NCBI GenBank assembly: GCA_041659285.1
Contig: JBAZYO010000020.1
Coordinates: 1,580 to 65,579 of the forward strand
DNA length: 64,000 bases
Source: Vicinamibacterales bacterium
GTDB lineage: Bacteria > Acidobacteriota > Vicinamibacteria > Vicinamibacterales > UBA2999
Direction: 5' to 3'
Shown: positions 50,326 to 60,615 of the stretch, piece by piece
Layout: the number at the start of each line of letters is the position of its first letter
Position numbering within the stretch: position 1 is the stretch's first letter
Notes under the pieces: model-generated
Seen by the model: the letters and a program-made list of their open reading frames with translations, nothing else
What the model was told of the DNA's origin: nothing
Databases searched by the model: none
Program-made: the position numbers and the translations under genes

Positions 50326-51468
50326 TCATCGCGGCAGCTCGCGGGACGGATAGCACCCCAACACCTTGAGAAACACCGTCCTCGCCGCCAGGCCGGCCAG
50401 GGCCGCCTGCACCCGGGGCTCGCCGAGGTGGCCTTCCACGTCGATGTAGAAGACGTACTCCCAGGGCGTGCCGGGCCGCGGCCGCGACTCGAGCTTGGTC
50501 AGGTTCAGGCCCTCGTTCGCGATGATGTTGAGGCAGCGGACCAGGGCGCCGTGCTCATGGCGGGTCGAGAACACCATCGACACCTTGGCGGCAATGCGCG
50601 GGTCGCAATCGATCGGGCTGGCGGCAACCACCACGAACCGGGTGTAGTTGACGGCCTGATTGGCGATGTCGCGCCGCAGGACGTGCAGCCCGAAGTGCGC
50701 CCCCGCCTCCTCGCTGGCAATGGCGGCCTCCGTCGGATCCTTCAGGTCCCGCACGTGCTGGGCCGCCAGGGCGGTGTTGCCGGCGGCGACGCCTTCGCAA
50801 CCCGGCAGCCCGGCCAGGAACTCGCTGCACTGGGCCAGCGCCTGCGGATGCGAGTGAATGCGGCGGATCGACTCCACCGGGACGTCGGCGACGCCGAGCA
50901 GGCAGTGCCGGACGTCGACGATCTCCTCGCCCACCAGCGACAGGTTGTAGCGCAGGAGCAGGTCGTAGGCCTCGTAGACCGAGCCGGCCGTGGTGTTCTC
51001 AATCGGGAGCATCCCGCGATCGACGTGGCCTTCGATCACCGCCTCCAGCATCTCCTTGAACGTCGGATAGGCCTTGAGCCCGACGGCCCGGCTGGTGACG
51101 CCGAAGTGCTGCAGCGCCGCCTGGTGCCCGTAGGCGCCCTCGGTTCCCTGGAACGCCACGCGCAGCTCCGGCTGGGCGGTGTCGGGCGCCGTCTGCAGCA
51201 TGTCGTGCTGCCGGCGCAGGGAGTCGTCCAGGATCTCGCGGAAGATACGCCGGACGAACGCCGGGTCGAGCCCGAGCCGCTCGCCAACCGCCGATCGGTG
51301 CTGCAGCAGCGCGGTTTCGCGATCGGCGTCGCGCACCGGGCCGTCGCCATCCGCCTTCACGCGGGCAATGTCGCGCGCCAACCGGGCGCGCTCGCCGAGC
51401 GCCGACACGAGCACGGCGTCGATGTCATCAAGGCTCTTCCGAAGCGAAGCCAAATCCTGACTGGTCAT
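50326..51468 (-). CDS. pheA: bifunctional chorismate mutase / prephenate dehydratase
   Basis: CM domain (LRKSLDDIDAVLVSALGERARLARDIARVK), PDT domain, and an ACT domain with the TKLESRPRPG motif. ATG at 51468 is preceded by GGAGGA. Confidence 0.9.
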   Translation of the reverse strand: MTSQDLASLRKSLDDIDAVLVSALGERARLARDIARVKADGDGPVRDADRETALLQHRSAVGERLGLDPAFVRRIFREILDDSLRRQHDMLQTAPDTAQPELRVAFQGTEGAYGHQAALQHFGVTSRAVGLKAYPTFKEMLEAVIEGHVDRGMLPIENTTAGSVYEAYDLLLRYNLSLVGEEIVDVRHCLLGVADVPVESIRRIHSHPQALAQCSEFLAGLPGCEGVAAGNTALAAQHVRDLKDPTEAAIASEEAGAHFGLHVLRRDIANQAVNYTRFVVVAASPIDCDPRIAAKVSMVFSTRHEHGALVRCLNIIANEGLNLTKLESRPRPGTPWEYVFYIDVEGHLGEPRVQAALAGLAARTVFLKVLGCYPSRELPR

Positions 51469-51489
51469 CACGTCCTCCACACCTTCCCC

Positions 51490-51530
51490 AAAAAAGAAAA
51501 CCGCCGCCCCAGCGTGAACTGGGGCGGCGG
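51490..51530 (-). terminator. canonical Rho-independent terminator located 22 nt upstream of the pheA start codon (leader terminator)
   Basis: On the minus strand: CCGCCGCCCCAG-TTCACG-CTGGGGCGGCGG (perfect 12-bp GC stem) followed by TTTTCTTTTTT. This is the only stem + U-tract terminator I found in the window. Confidence 0.75.
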
Positions 51531-51577
51531 CTTCAGGTCCTTGTGAATTGCCTAACTGGCTGCTTGCGGCCCGGACC

Positions 51578-51682
51578 CTACACGCCTCCCCTGGCGGCCG
51601 TAAAGCCGCCGGTGGTAAAGGACGTAAAGGACTGCGAGCCGCGAATCACTTGGCGCAGTATAGCCGAGGTCGGGGTGGCCAT
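51578..51682 (-). promoter_or_regulatory. candidate pheA leader mini-ORF (34 codons, 3 in-frame UUU Phe codons near the 3' end)
   Basis: ATG at 51680-51682 and TAG at 51578-80. The peptide ends in ...SQSFTSFTTGGFTAARGGV. No Shine-Dalgarno sequence. Phe codons are at 51626-28, 51617-19 and 51602-04. Confidence 0.2.
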
Positions 51683-51749
51683 GCTTATGCAACTTGGTTC
51701 GGTGGCGCCGCCCGATGTTCGGGCTGTTTGCCAATAAATGAGGGTGAAC

Positions 51750-52274
51750 ATGACGAACTTTCGCTTTTCCGGTTGGGCCCTGGTGGTCGTTGGCCTGGCC
51801 GCCGGAGGGTCACACGTTTCCGCACAAGGGAACGTGGACGGCCATAAGTATGACAAGGGCGCCACGGTCACACTGCAGGGTTGCGTGATCGCCGGCCAGA
51901 AGAAAGACACCTACCTGCTCAGCCAGGTCAAGGAATGGCCGGCCGGTCTCTCCCGCATGGGCAAGCACGGCGCGCGCATGTACTGGATCGACAAGCGCGG
52001 CGACGACATGAAGGCCCACCTCGGCCACACCATCCAACTGACCGGCAAGATTACAGACGTGGAAAAATCAGAGATCGAGCTGGAACCGGGCGAGGACGGC
52101 ACCGGTTTGCTGGTCGAGATCGAAGGCCCCGGCCGCGACGTGGTGACACCGGCCATCAATGCCGGTGTGAACCCGGCCACGTCGCCCAACGCCCACGACA
52201 TCCCGATCACGCTGCTCAAGCTGAAGGTCGAGGAGCTCAAGATGATCTCGAGCTCCTGCCCCAGCACGAGGTAG
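51750..52274 (+). CDS. hypothetical secreted protein
   Basis: High GC3, GAGGG Shine-Dalgarno 5 nt before the ATG at 51750, and signal peptide MTNFRFSGWALVVVGLAAGGSHVSAQ. No domain recognised. Confidence 0.6.
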   Translation: MTNFRFSGWALVVVGLAAGGSHVSAQGNVDGHKYDKGATVTLQGCVIAGQKKDTYLLSQVKEWPAGLSRMGKHGARMYWIDKRGDDMKAHLGHTIQLTGKITDVEKSEIELEPGEDGTGLLVEIEGPGRDVVTPAINAGVNPATSPNAHDIPITLLKLKVEELKMISSSCPSTR

Positions 52275-52276
52275 CG

Positions 52277-53152
52277 CTACTTCTTCATTACGTCGACAAG
52301 CGCCTGGCCCATGTCGGCCGGGCTCTTGACGACGCGGACGCCCGCGGCGGTGAGGGCCGCCATCTTCTCGGCTGCCGTGCCCTTGCCGCCCGCGATAATC
52401 GCGCCGGCGTGGCCCATGCGGCGGCCTTCAGGCGCGGTCTGGCCGGCAATGAAGGCCACGATCGGCTTCGTGAAGTGGTCCTTGATCCAGGCCGCCGCTT
52501 CTTCCTCGGCCGAGCCGCCGATCTCGCCAATCATGATCACCGCGTCGGTTTCCGGATCGTCCTGGAACAGCCCCAACGCGTCGATGTGCGTCGTCCCGAT
52601 CATCGGGTCGCCGCCGATGCCAATGCAGGTGCTCTGCCCCAACCCCTGGCGCGTCAGCTGATCGATCGCCTCGTAGGTGAGCGTGCCGCTCTTCGAGACG
52701 ATGCCGATGCGGCCTTCCTTGCAGATATTGGCGGGAATGATGCCGGCCTTGCCCTTGCCCGGCGAGATGATGCCCGGGCAGTTCGGACCAATCAGGCGGG
52801 TGCCGGGATAGTCCTTCAGGAACGTCATGGCCTTCAGCATGTCCATGACCGGAATACCCTCGGTGATGCAGACCACGAGGCCCACGCCTGACTCGGCCGC
52901 CTCCATGATCGCGTCGGCGGCAAACGGCGGCGGCACGAAGATCACCGACGCGTTGGCGCCGGTCTCCTTCACCGCATCGGCGACGGTGTTGAACACCGGC
53001 CAGCCTTCGTGGGTGGTGCCGCCCTTGCCGGGCGTCACGCCGCCGACGACCTTGGTGTGATACGCGGCGGCGGCCTTGGCGTGGAACGTGCCCTCGCGCC
53101 CCGTGATGCCTTGCACGATCAGCCGCGTGTTCTTGTCGAGCAGAACTGCCAT
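52277..53152 (-). CDS. sucD: succinate--CoA ligase subunit alpha
   Basis: CoA-binding N-terminus ([13 protein letters not shown]) and phospho-His loop RMGHAGAII. Confidence 0.97.
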   Translation of the reverse strand: MAVLLDKNTRLIVQGITGREGTFHAKAAAAYHTKVVGGVTPGKGGTTHEGWPVFNTVADAVKETGANASVIFVPPPFAADAIMEAAESGVGLVVCITEGIPVMDMLKAMTFLKDYPGTRLIGPNCPGIISPGKGKAGIIPANICKEGRIGIVSKSGTLTYEAIDQLTRQGLGQSTCIGIGGDPMIGTTHIDALGLFQDDPETDAVIMIGEIGGSAEEEAAAWIKDHFTKPIVAFIAGQTAPEGRRMGHAGAIIAGGKGTAAEKMAALTAAGVRVVKSPADMGQALVDVMKK

Positions 53153-54318
53153 TAACGACCCCCCGCGAGTGCAACGACCTTGTCGGCCGCCTCGCCCATC
53201 GTGTCGGCGGTCGCAAAGTTCAGCCCGCTCTCGGCAAGCATCTTCTTTCCTTCCTCGACGTTGGTTCCCTTCATGCGAATCACGATCGGCACCGGCACGC
53301 CGAGTTCCTTCACCGCCGCAATCACGCCGGCGGCGAGCACGTCACAGCGCAGGATGCCGCCGAAGATGTTGATCAGCACGGCCTTCACGTTCTTGTCGGA
53401 CATCAGGATCTTGAACGCGTTGCGGATCTGCTCGGCGTTGGCGCCGCCGCCCACGTCGAGGAAGTTGGCGGGCGACCCGCCGGCCAGCTTGATGATGTCC
53501 ATGGTCGCCATGGCCAGGCCGGCACCGTTGACCATGCAGCCGATGGTGCCGTCGAGGCGGATGTAGTTGAGCGAGAACTTCGAGGCCTCGACCTCCAGCG
53601 GGTCCTCTTCGCTGACGTCGCGCAGCTCGCGAATGTCCGGGTGGCGGTACATCGCGTTGTCGTCGAAGTTCATCTTGGCGTCGAGCGCCAGCAGGTCGCC
53701 GCTCTTGGTCACAATCAGCGGGTTGATTTCGAGGATCGACGCGTCGGTCGCGATGAAGGCCTGGTAGAGGGCCATCATCATCTTGACGCCCTTCTTGAGG
53801 GAGTCGCCCGTGAGGCCCAGCGCAAACCCGAGTTGCTGCGCCTGGAACGGCTGCAGGCCGACGCCCGGGTGGATGAACACTTTGTGAATCTTCTCCGGCG
53901 ACTCCTCGGCGATCTTCTCAATCTCAACGCCGCCCTCACGGCTGACCATGAGGACGATGCGCTGGGTGGAGCGATCGACCACCAGGCCGAGGTAGAGCTC
54001 GCGGTCAATGGCGAGGCCCTCTTCGACGAGCAGCCGCGAGATCTTCTGGCCGTCGGGGCCGGTCTGGTAGGTCACGAGCGTCTTGCCCAGCAGCTCGCGC
54101 GCCACGGCCTCGGCTTCTTCGGCCGACTTGGTGAGCTTGACGCCGCCGGCCTTGCCGCGGCCGCCGGCGTGAATCTGTGCCTTCACCACCGCGATGGGGC
54201 CGCCGAGGCGCTTGGCGATGTCGTGCACTTCTTCGGGCGTGAACGCCACTTCCCCGCGGGGAACCGGCACGCCGTACTTGGAGAGGACAGCTTTGGCTTG
54301 GTACTCGTGAATTTTCAT
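53152..54318 (-). CDS. sucC: succinate--CoA ligase subunit beta (ADP-forming)
   Basis: [23 protein letters not shown]-grasp N-terminus and full-length SucC similarity. Its stop overlaps the sucD start. Confidence 0.97.
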   Translation of the reverse strand: MKIHEYQAKAVLSKYGVPVPRGEVAFTPEEVHDIAKRLGGPIAVVKAQIHAGGRGKAGGVKLTKSAEEAEAVARELLGKTLVTYQTGPDGQKISRLLVEEGLAIDRELYLGLVVDRSTQRIVLMVSREGGVEIEKIAEESPEKIHKVFIHPGVGLQPFQAQQLGFALGLTGDSLKKGVKMMMALYQAFIATDASILEINPLIVTKSGDLLALDAKMNFDDNAMYRHPDIRELRDVSEEDPLEVEASKFSLNYIRLDGTIGCMVNGAGLAMATMDIIKLAGGSPANFLDVGGGANAEQIRNAFKILMSDKNVKAVLINIFGGILRCDVLAAGVIAAVKELGVPVPIVIRMKGTNVEEGKKMLAESGLNFATADTMGEAADKVVALAGGR

Positions 54319-54401
54319 GTGGAGGCGATTAGTTTATTACACGGCGCCCCATAAAGGGGGACGACCAGCGTCACGCGCCTTCGGGATGATAATATCAACC
54401 G

Positions 54402-55091
54402 TTGAGCACCTCCTTAATGACACCGCTGAAAGCGTTTTCCTCATCCATCGGCTCCAAGTTCCTCATCGCGTTCACCGGGCTATCTCTGTTCGTCTTCCTG
54501 ATTGCCCACCTGGCGGGCAACCTGCTGTTCATCGCCGGACCGGACGCGTTCAATCACTACTCGCACTCGCTGATCAGCAACCCGCTGATTCTCGGCGCCG
54601 AAGCCGGCCTGGTGGCCATCTTCGCGCTCCACATCTTCAAGACGGTCGGGATGGTCGTGGCCAACCGCGGCGCCCGGCCCGAGCGGTACGCGACGCACAA
54701 GTGGGCCAAGGGCAAGAACGACCGCAGCCGCAAGAGCCTGTCGTCCACCACGATGATCCTGACCGGGACGATCACGCTCTTGTTCGTCGTGACGCACCTG
54801 ATCACCTTCAAGTACGGGCCCTATTACGAGACCGCGGAAGGCATTCGCGACCTGTATCGGCTGCAACTGGCGGTGTTTAGCGATCCGACCTACGTCGCCT
54901 TCTATCTGGTGTGCATGAGCGTGATTGGCTTTCACCTCTGGCACGGCATTTCGAGCGCCGCGCAGTCGTTCGGCGTGGACAGCCCGCAGTGGACGCCGCG
55001 TATTGTCTGGACCGGCCGGCTGCTGACCGCCGTGATTACCGCGGGCTTCGCCCTGCTGCCGGTGTTTACCTTCGTCGTGGGGCGTAACTGA
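54402..55091 (+). CDS. sdhC: succinate dehydrogenase cytochrome b subunit (b558 family)
   Basis: Five TM helices with conserved His residues ([33 protein letters not shown]). Directly precedes sdhA. Start is either the TTG at 54402 or the ATG at 54417. Confidence 0.85.
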   Translation: MSTSLMTPLKAFSSSIGSKFLIAFTGLSLFVFLIAHLAGNLLFIAGPDAFNHYSHSLISNPLILGAEAGLVAIFALHIFKTVGMVVANRGARPERYATHKWAKGKNDRSRKSLSSTTMILTGTITLLFVVTHLITFKYGPYYETAEGIRDLYRLQLAVFSDPTYVAFYLVCMSVIGFHLWHGISSAAQSFGVDSPQWTPRIVWTGRLLTAVITAGFALLPVFTFVVGRN

Positions 55092-55092
55092 C

Positions 55093-57006
55093 ATGACTCT
55101 CGATTCACGAACGCCCAGCGGCCCGATTGGCGACAAGTGGGACCGGCGCAAGTTCGAAAACAAGCTGGTGAACCCCGCCAACCGGCGGAAGTTCCAGGTC
55201 ATCGTGGTGGGCACCGGCCTGGCCGGCGCCTCGGCGGCCGCCTCGCTGGGTGAGCTCGGCTACCCGGTGAAAGTGTTCGGCATTCACGACAGCCCCCGCC
55301 GCGCGCACAGCATTGCCGCGCAGGGCGGCATCAACGCGGCGAAGAACTATCGCAACGACGGCGACAGCGCCTACCGCCTGTTCTACGACACCATCAAGGG
55401 CGGCGACTATCGCGCCCGCGAAGCCAACGTCTATCGCCTCGCCCAGATGTCGGTGAACATCATCGACCAGTGCGTGGCGCAGGGCGTGCCCTTCGCGCGC
55501 GAGTACGGCGGGCTGCTGGACAACCGCTCGTTCGGCGGCGCGCAGGTGTCGCGCACGTTCTACGCCCGCGGCCAGACCGGCCAGCAACTCCTGCTGGGCG
55601 CCTACCAGTCGATGATGCGGCAGGTGGACGCCGGCACGGTCTCCCTGTTCCAGCGGCGCGAGATGCTCGACCTGGTGGTCGTCAACGGCCAGGCCCGGGG
55701 CATCGTCTGCCGCAACCTGGTCACCGGCGAGCTCGAGTCGCACGAGGCCGACGCCGTGCTGCTCTGCACGGGCGGCTATGGCAACGTGTTCTACCTGTCG
55801 ACCAACGCCGTGAACTCGAACGTCACTGCGGCCTGGCGCGCCCACAAGCGCGGCGCCTTTTTCGCCAACCCGTGCTTCACGCAGATTCACCCGACCTGCA
55901 TCCCGGTGAGCGGCGATCATCAGTCGAAGCTCACCCTGATGTCGGAGAGCCTGCGCAACGACGGCCGGGTCTGGGTGCCGAAGAAGCAGGGCGACAAGCG
56001 CCCGCCGGCGCAGATTCCCGACTCGGAACGCGACTACTACCTGGAACGGCGCTACCCCGCCTTCGGCAACCTCGTGCCGCGCGACGTCGCATCGCGGGCC
56101 GCCAAGGCCGTGTGCGACGACGGCCACGGCGCCGGCGACTCGGGCCTGTCGGTCTACCTCGACTTCGCCGACGCCATCAAGCGCCACGGCGTTGACACCA
56201 TCAAGGCGCGCTACGGCAACCTGTTCGACATGTACGCCCGGATTACGGACGAGAACCCGTATGAGGCGCCCATGCGCATCTACCCCGCCGTGCACTACGC
56301 GATGGGCGGCCTGTGGGTGGACTACAACCTGATGTCCACCGTGCCGGGCCTGTTCGTGCTGGGCGAAGCGAACTTCTCCGACCACGGCGCCAACCGGCTG
56401 GGCGCCAGCGCCCTGATGCAGGGCCTGGCCGACGGCTATTTCGTCGCGCCCTACACCGTGGCCAACTACCTGGGCGGGACGAGCCTGCCTCCCGTGCCGG
56501 CCTCGCACGACGCGTTCGGCGCCGCCAAGGCCGAGGCGCAGGGGCGCATCGACCGCGTGCTGCAGGTCAAGGGCAAGCGCACGGTGCGCGAGTTCCACCG
56601 CTCCCTTGGCGCCATCTGCTGGGATCACGTCGGCATGGCGCGCACCGAAGCCGGGCTGGCCGAAGCCATCGTGCAGATTCGCCGCCTCCGCGAGGAGTTC
56701 TGGCAGGACGTCGCCGTGTCCGGCGAGGTCAGCAACCTGAACCCGGGTCTCGACTACGCCGGCCGGGTGGCCGACTACATGGAATTTGCCGAGGTGCTGG
56801 CCCTCGACGCGCTCGAGCGGCGCGAGTCGTGCGGCGGGCACTTCCGCGAGGAATACCAGACCCCCGACGGCGAGGCGCTTCGAAAAGACGACGAGTATTC
56901 GTACGTGGCGGCGTGGGAATTCAAGGGCGTGGGGACGCGACCGGAGCTGCACAAGGAAGCCCTGGTCTTCGAGGAAGTCCACCCGACGCAGCGGAGCTAC
57001 AAGTGA
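55093..57006 (+). CDS. sdhA: succinate dehydrogenase / fumarate reductase flavoprotein subunit
   Basis: FAD-binding [12 protein letters not shown], covalent-FAD His in [14 protein letters not shown], and catalytic HPT / RLGA(S)AL motifs. Confidence 0.97.
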   Translation: MTLDSRTPSGPIGDKWDRRKFENKLVNPANRRKFQVIVVGTGLAGASAAASLGELGYPVKVFGIHDSPRRAHSIAAQGGINAAKNYRNDGDSAYRLFYDTIKGGDYRAREANVYRLAQMSVNIIDQCVAQGVPFAREYGGLLDNRSFGGAQVSRTFYARGQTGQQLLLGAYQSMMRQVDAGTVSLFQRREMLDLVVVNGQARGIVCRNLVTGELESHEADAVLLCTGGYGNVFYLSTNAVNSNVTAAWRAHKRGAFFANPCFTQIHPTCIPVSGDHQSKLTLMSESLRNDGRVWVPKKQGDKRPPAQIPDSERDYYLERRYPAFGNLVPRDVASRAAKAVCDDGHGAGDSGLSVYLDFADAIKRHGVDTIKARYGNLFDMYARITDENPYEAPMRIYPAVHYAMGGLWVDYNLMSTVPGLFVLGEANFSDHGANRLGASALMQGLADGYFVAPYTVANYLGGTSLPPVPASHDAFGAAKAEAQGRIDRVLQVKGKRTVREFHRSLGAICWDHVGMARTEAGLAEAIVQIRRLREEFWQDVAVSGEVSNLNPGLDYAGRVADYMEFAEVLALDALERRESCGGHFREEYQTPDGEALRKDDEYSYVAAWEFKGVGTRPELHKEALVFEEVHPTQRSYK

Positions 57007-57752
57007 TGGCGATGACGGTGAAATTGAAAGTGTGGCGCCAGCCCGGACCGGGGCAACCCGGGAAGCTGGTGGACTACGTGGCCGGCAACATCCACCCCGA
57101 CATGTCGTTTCTCGAGATGCTGGACGTGGTCAACGAAGACCTGATTCGCAAGGGCCAGGACCCGATTGCGTTCGACTCGGACTGCCGCGAGGGCATCTGC
57201 GGCAGCTGCGGGCTGGTCATCGACGGAATCCCGCACGGGCCCGACAAGGGCGCCACCACCTGCCAGGTGCACATGCGGCGGTTCCGTAACGGCGAGACCA
57301 TCACCATTGAGCCGTTCCGGGCCAAGGCCTTCCCCGTGCTCAAGGACCTGGTCGTGGACCGTGCGGCGTTCGACCGCATCATCGCCGCGGGCGGTTACGT
57401 GTCGATGAACGCCGGCGGCGCACCCGAGGCCAACAACCTGCCCATCGCCAAGGACATCGCTGACCGGGCCATGGATTCCGCCCAGTGCATCGGCTGCGGC
57501 GCCTGCGTCGCGGCCTGCAAGAACGCCGCCGCTCACCTGTTCACCTCCGCCAAGATCACGCACCTCGGCCTGTTGCCGCAGGGCGAGCCCGAACGCGACC
57601 GCCGCGTGGTCCGCATGGTGGCGCAGATGGATGACGAAGGGTTCGGGAGCTGTTCGAACGAAGGGGAATGCGAAGCGGTGTGCCCGAAGGAAATCCCGAT
57701 CTCCAATATTGCGCGGATGAACCGGGACTTCCTTCGAGCGATGGTGAAATAA
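57006..57752 (+). CDS. sdhB: succinate dehydrogenase / fumarate reductase iron-sulfur subunit
   Basis: Three Cys clusters ([10 protein letters not shown]; [11 protein letters not shown]; [12 protein letters not shown]). Its ATG overlaps the sdhA stop by 1 nt. The long ORF-track frame starting at 56313 is an artefact. Confidence 0.95.
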   Translation: MAMTVKLKVWRQPGPGQPGKLVDYVAGNIHPDMSFLEMLDVVNEDLIRKGQDPIAFDSDCREGICGSCGLVIDGIPHGPDKGATTCQVHMRRFRNGETITIEPFRAKAFPVLKDLVVDRAAFDRIIAAGGYVSMNAGGAPEANNLPIAKDIADRAMDSAQCIGCGACVAACKNAAAHLFTSAKITHLGLLPQGEPERDRRVVRMVAQMDDEGFGSCSNEGECEAVCPKEIPISNIARMNRDFLRAMVK

Positions 57753-57777
57753 GGCACCCCGTAAAGGGGTGCCCTAC
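57753..57777. repeat. class-A REP hairpin (GGCACCCC-GTAAA-GGGGTGCC-CTAC)
   Basis: The 8-bp stem starts immediately after the sdhB stop TAA (57750-57752). Lies between the convergent sdhB and mdh genes. Confidence 0.9.
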
Positions 57778-57789
57778 GGGGCTGGTTGT

Positions 57790-58722
57790 CTAGACGCCGA
57801 TCACATCCACGAGTTCCTTTACGGCACCGGCTGACTTGTTGAAGGCGGCCTGCTCTTCGGCGGTGAGCTTGATCTGGATGATCTGTTCCACGCCCTTGGC
57901 GCCCAGCTTCACCGGCACGCCCACGAACAGGTCGTGGATCCCGTACTCGCCCTGCAGGTAGACCGAGCACGGCATGATCTTCTTCTGATCCTTCAGGATC
58001 GCCTCGACCATGAGGGCCGCGGACGCGCCGGGCGCGTACCAGGCGCTGGTGCCGACCAGTTTCGTGATTTCGGCGCCGCCGTTGGCGGTGCGCTCGCAAA
58101 TCGCGGCAATTCTGTCGGCCGGCAACAATTCCGTGATCGGAATGCCGGCGACCGTGGTGAAACGCGGCAGGGGCACCATGGTGTCACCGTGTCCGCCGAG
58201 CACGAAGGACGAGACGTTCTCCACCGAAACCCCGAGTTCCATGGCGATGAACGTGCTCATGCGAGCCGAGTCGAGCACGCCGGCCATGCCGATCACGCGC
58301 TCGCGGGGGAACTTGCTCAGCTTGTAGACGGCCTGCGACATCGCGTCCAGCGGGTTGGCCACCGGCACGATGATGCAGTTCGGCGAGTACTTGACGACTT
58401 CCGCCGTCACGTTCTGCATGATTTCGTAGTTGACCTTCAGCAGGTCGTCACGGCTCATGCCAGGCTTGCGCGGCATGCCCGACGTAATCACGACCACGTC
58501 GGAGTTGGCGCTCTCCGCGAAATCTTTCGTGCCAACACCGACGACGCGCGAGGCTGATCCTTCGATCGGGCACGATTCGTAAATGTCGAGGGCCACGCCC
58601 GCCGCCTTGGTCTCGGCGATGTCGATGACCACGACATCAGCGAGCTCTTTCTGCGCGATGCAACGCGCGACGGTTGCGCCGACATTTCCCGCACCACCAA
58701 CGACCGTAACTTTCCGATTCAT
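57790..58722 (-). CDS. mdh: malate dehydrogenase (LDH-like family)
   Basis: [17 protein letters not shown] Rossmann N-terminus, a catalytic region with GGHGDTMVP, and 310 aa in length. Start moved to the ATG at 58722 (GGAG upstream). Confidence 0.95.
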   Translation of the reverse strand: MNRKVTVVGGAGNVGATVARCIAQKELADVVVIDIAETKAAGVALDIYESCPIEGSASRVVGVGTKDFAESANSDVVVITSGMPRKPGMSRDDLLKVNYEIMQNVTAEVVKYSPNCIIVPVANPLDAMSQAVYKLSKFPRERVIGMAGVLDSARMSTFIAMELGVSVENVSSFVLGGHGDTMVPLPRFTTVAGIPITELLPADRIAAICERTANGGAEITKLVGTSAWYAPGASAALMVEAILKDQKKIMPCSVYLQGEYGIHDLFVGVPVKLGAKGVEQIIQIKLTAEEQAAFNKSAGAVKELVDVIGV

Positions 58723-58768
58723 GAATGACTCCGTTAGGTCAGATTCCCTGTAACCGTCCGCGCGCGAT

Positions 58769-58801
58769 CCACAGTTTCTGTGGAAAACCTTGTGGAAAAC
58801 C
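58769..58801. promoter_or_regulatory. palindrome CCACAG-TTT-CTGTGG overlapping two tandem TGTGGAAAACC repeats in the mdh/serA divergent region (candidate operator)
   Basis: Read directly from the sequence: CCACAGTTTCTGTGGAAAACCTTGTGGAAAACC. A second hairpin, GCACCA-TCCG-TGGTGC, lies near 58851-58866. Confidence 0.3.
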
Positions 58802-58975
58802 GCGCATGAACACCGTGTAACGCTCGCGTTTCGGAACAAATCAGCGGATTGCACCATCCGTGGTGCGTTGCGCCGTCACCCTTCACGCGTCACATCGACA
58901 CAAGTGCAGTATTATATCGGCTCACACTGTTCCCGTTTCATAGTTCACATTCAAACCGCAAAGGCTCGCCGCTGC

Positions 58976-60556
58976 ATGTTGATTGTTGTTGCCGACGATC
59001 TCCCGAAGACCGCCCTCGAACTGCTCCGCTCCGAAGGATGGACGGTGGATGCGCGTTCAGGTCGAACCCCCGAACAATTGAAAGGTGATTTGGTCGAGGC
59101 CGACGCGATTGTCGTGCGCAGCGCCACCAAGGTCACCGCCGACATCATCGCCGCCGCCCCGAAGCTGCGCGCCATCGCCCGCGCCGGAACCGGCGTGGAC
59201 AACGTCAACGTCGAGGCCGCCAGCACGCGCGGCATCGTCGTGATGAACGCGCCGGGCGCCAACAGCATCAGCGTGGCCGAGCTGGCCATGGCGCAGCTGC
59301 TGTCGCTGGCCCGCAAGCTGCCCGCCGCCGACGCCTCGATGAAGCAAGGCAAGTGGGACAAGAAGTCGTTTCTCGGCGAGGAAGTCCGCGGCAAGGTCCT
59401 CGGCCTGGCCGGTCTCGGCCGCATCGGCCAGGAAGTGGCCCGCCGCGCGCAGTCGTTCGAGATGACGGTGATTGCGCACGACCCGTTCATTTCCGCGCAC
59501 GTCGCGGCGGAGCTGGGCGTGGAGCTGGTCTCGTTCGACGACCTGTGCGCGCGCGCCAATTTTCTGTCGCTGCACATGCCCTCGACGCCCCAGACGCGCC
59601 ACATCTTCAACGCGGCGCGGTTCGCGGCCTGCAAGAAAGGCCTGAAACTCATCAACACGGCCCGCGGCGACTTGATCGACGAGGCGGCGCTGGTGGATGC
59701 CATCAACTGCGGCCAGATCGGCGGCGCGGCGCTGGATGTGTACACGCAGGAGCCGACCACCGACCACACGCTTCAGCAGTTGCCCCAGGTGGTGGCGAGT
59801 CCGCATATTGCCGCCTCAACCCGCGAGGGCCAGGAGCTGGTGGGTGTCGAAACGGCCTCGGCCTTGCGCGATTTCCTCAAGACCGGCGTGATCCGCAACG
59901 CCGTCAATTTTCCGTCGGTGGCGCCGGAAGAGTTCCAGCGCTTGCAGCCGTTCATCAAGTTGGGCAAACAGCTCGGCTGCCTGGTGGCTCAAATGGGCGA
60001 AGCGCGCATCGAGAGCCTCGGCGTGCGCTACTACGGCGACCTCGCGGCCGGTCAGCATCCGCTGATTGTCAACGCGGTGCTCGTTGGCCTGTTCCAGGCC
60101 ATCCTGAACGACACGGTCACCGAAGTGAACGCACGGGCGGTGGCCACCGCCCGTGGCATCGACCTGGTCGAGTCATCCAGCACGCGGGCCCGCGAGTACC
60201 GCAGCCTGCTGTCGGTGAAGCTCACCACCAGCGACGGCGAGCGCTGGGTCGAAGGCACGGTGGCGGCCAACGGCGGGTCGCGCCTGGTCCTGCTGAACGG
60301 CGTGCCCATCGAAGCCCCCCTCAACGGCACGCTGCTCCTGCTGGCCAACAACGACCAGCCCGGCGTGATCGGCGAGGTCGGCACCATTCTCGGCAAGCAC
60401 GGCATCAACATCGCCAACTTCGCGCTCGGCCGCAGCGACAACGGCGCGGTCGGCGCGGTCAACGTGGATGAGCCGGGCGATCAGATCGGCGAAGATGTGC
60501 TGAAGGCGATCCGCGCGGTGAAGGCCGTCAAGGACGCCTGGTTGGTCCGCGTGTAG
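58976..60556 (+). CDS. serA: D-3-phosphoglycerate dehydrogenase (long form with ASB and ACT domains)
   Basis: NAD-binding GLAGLGRIGQEVA, catalytic His/Arg/Glu regions and a C-terminal ACT domain. Start moved to the ATG at 58976. The stop TAG lies inside a GTAG REP head. Confidence 0.95.
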   Translation: MLIVVADDLPKTALELLRSEGWTVDARSGRTPEQLKGDLVEADAIVVRSATKVTADIIAAAPKLRAIARAGTGVDNVNVEAASTRGIVVMNAPGANSISVAELAMAQLLSLARKLPAADASMKQGKWDKKSFLGEEVRGKVLGLAGLGRIGQEVARRAQSFEMTVIAHDPFISAHVAAELGVELVSFDDLCARANFLSLHMPSTPQTRHIFNAARFAACKKGLKLINTARGDLIDEAALVDAINCGQIGGAALDVYTQEPTTDHTLQQLPQVVASPHIAASTREGQELVGVETASALRDFLKTGVIRNAVNFPSVAPEEFQRLQPFIKLGKQLGCLVAQMGEARIESLGVRYYGDLAAGQHPLIVNAVLVGLFQAILNDTVTEVNARAVATARGIDLVESSSTRAREYRSLLSVKLTTSDGERWVEGTVAANGGSRLVLLNGVPIEAPLNGTLLLLANNDQPGVIGEVGTILGKHGINIANFALGRSDNGAVGAVNVDEPGDQIGEDVLKAIRAVKAVKDAWLVRV

Positions 60557-60613
60557 CATCCGGCTTTAGCCGAATTGTCTGATGTGGTGTCCGCCTAAAG
60601 GCGGACGCCACAT
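60553..60613. repeat. class-B REP unit (GTAGCATCCGGC-TTTA-GCCGAA) followed by a 14-bp-stem variant (ATGTGGTGTCCGCC-TAAA-GGCGGACGCCACAT)
   Basis: Read directly from the sequence. The long hairpin (60582-60613) has one G-U pair and ends 2 nt before the stop of the convergent gene at 60616. Confidence 0.9.
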
Positions 60614-60615
60614 TG

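Noticed and set aside
51531-51600. Similarity of GGGUCCGG...AAGCAGCC in the pheA leader to the SRP (4.5S) RNA domain IV core GGUCCGGAAGGAAGCAGCC.
   Set aside because: The GNRA (GGAA) tetraloop and the symmetric/asymmetric internal loops are absent, there is no complementary 5'/3' closing helix, and the context fits a leader better. It was not called as ffs.
54319-54401. TAATAT as a -10 for sdhCAB, and GGAGG at 54321-54325.
   Set aside because: There is no acceptable -35, and the implied TSS would leave the sdhC start essentially leaderless with a TTG codon. The GGAGG is on the wrong strand for sucC and too far from sdhC.
56313-57005. Long N-terminal extension of the sdhB frame (479-aa ORF-track entry). 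The same applies to extended ORF-track starts for the PQQ-ADH (27490), esterase (28257), mdh (58857), serA (58790), glyS (35791), deoC (2962) and amidohydrolase (5491) genes.
   Set aside because: The extensions overlap upstream genes, are Arg/Pro-rich, and precede well-placed ATG/GTG starts that match conserved protein N-termini. Starts were moved downstream accordingly.
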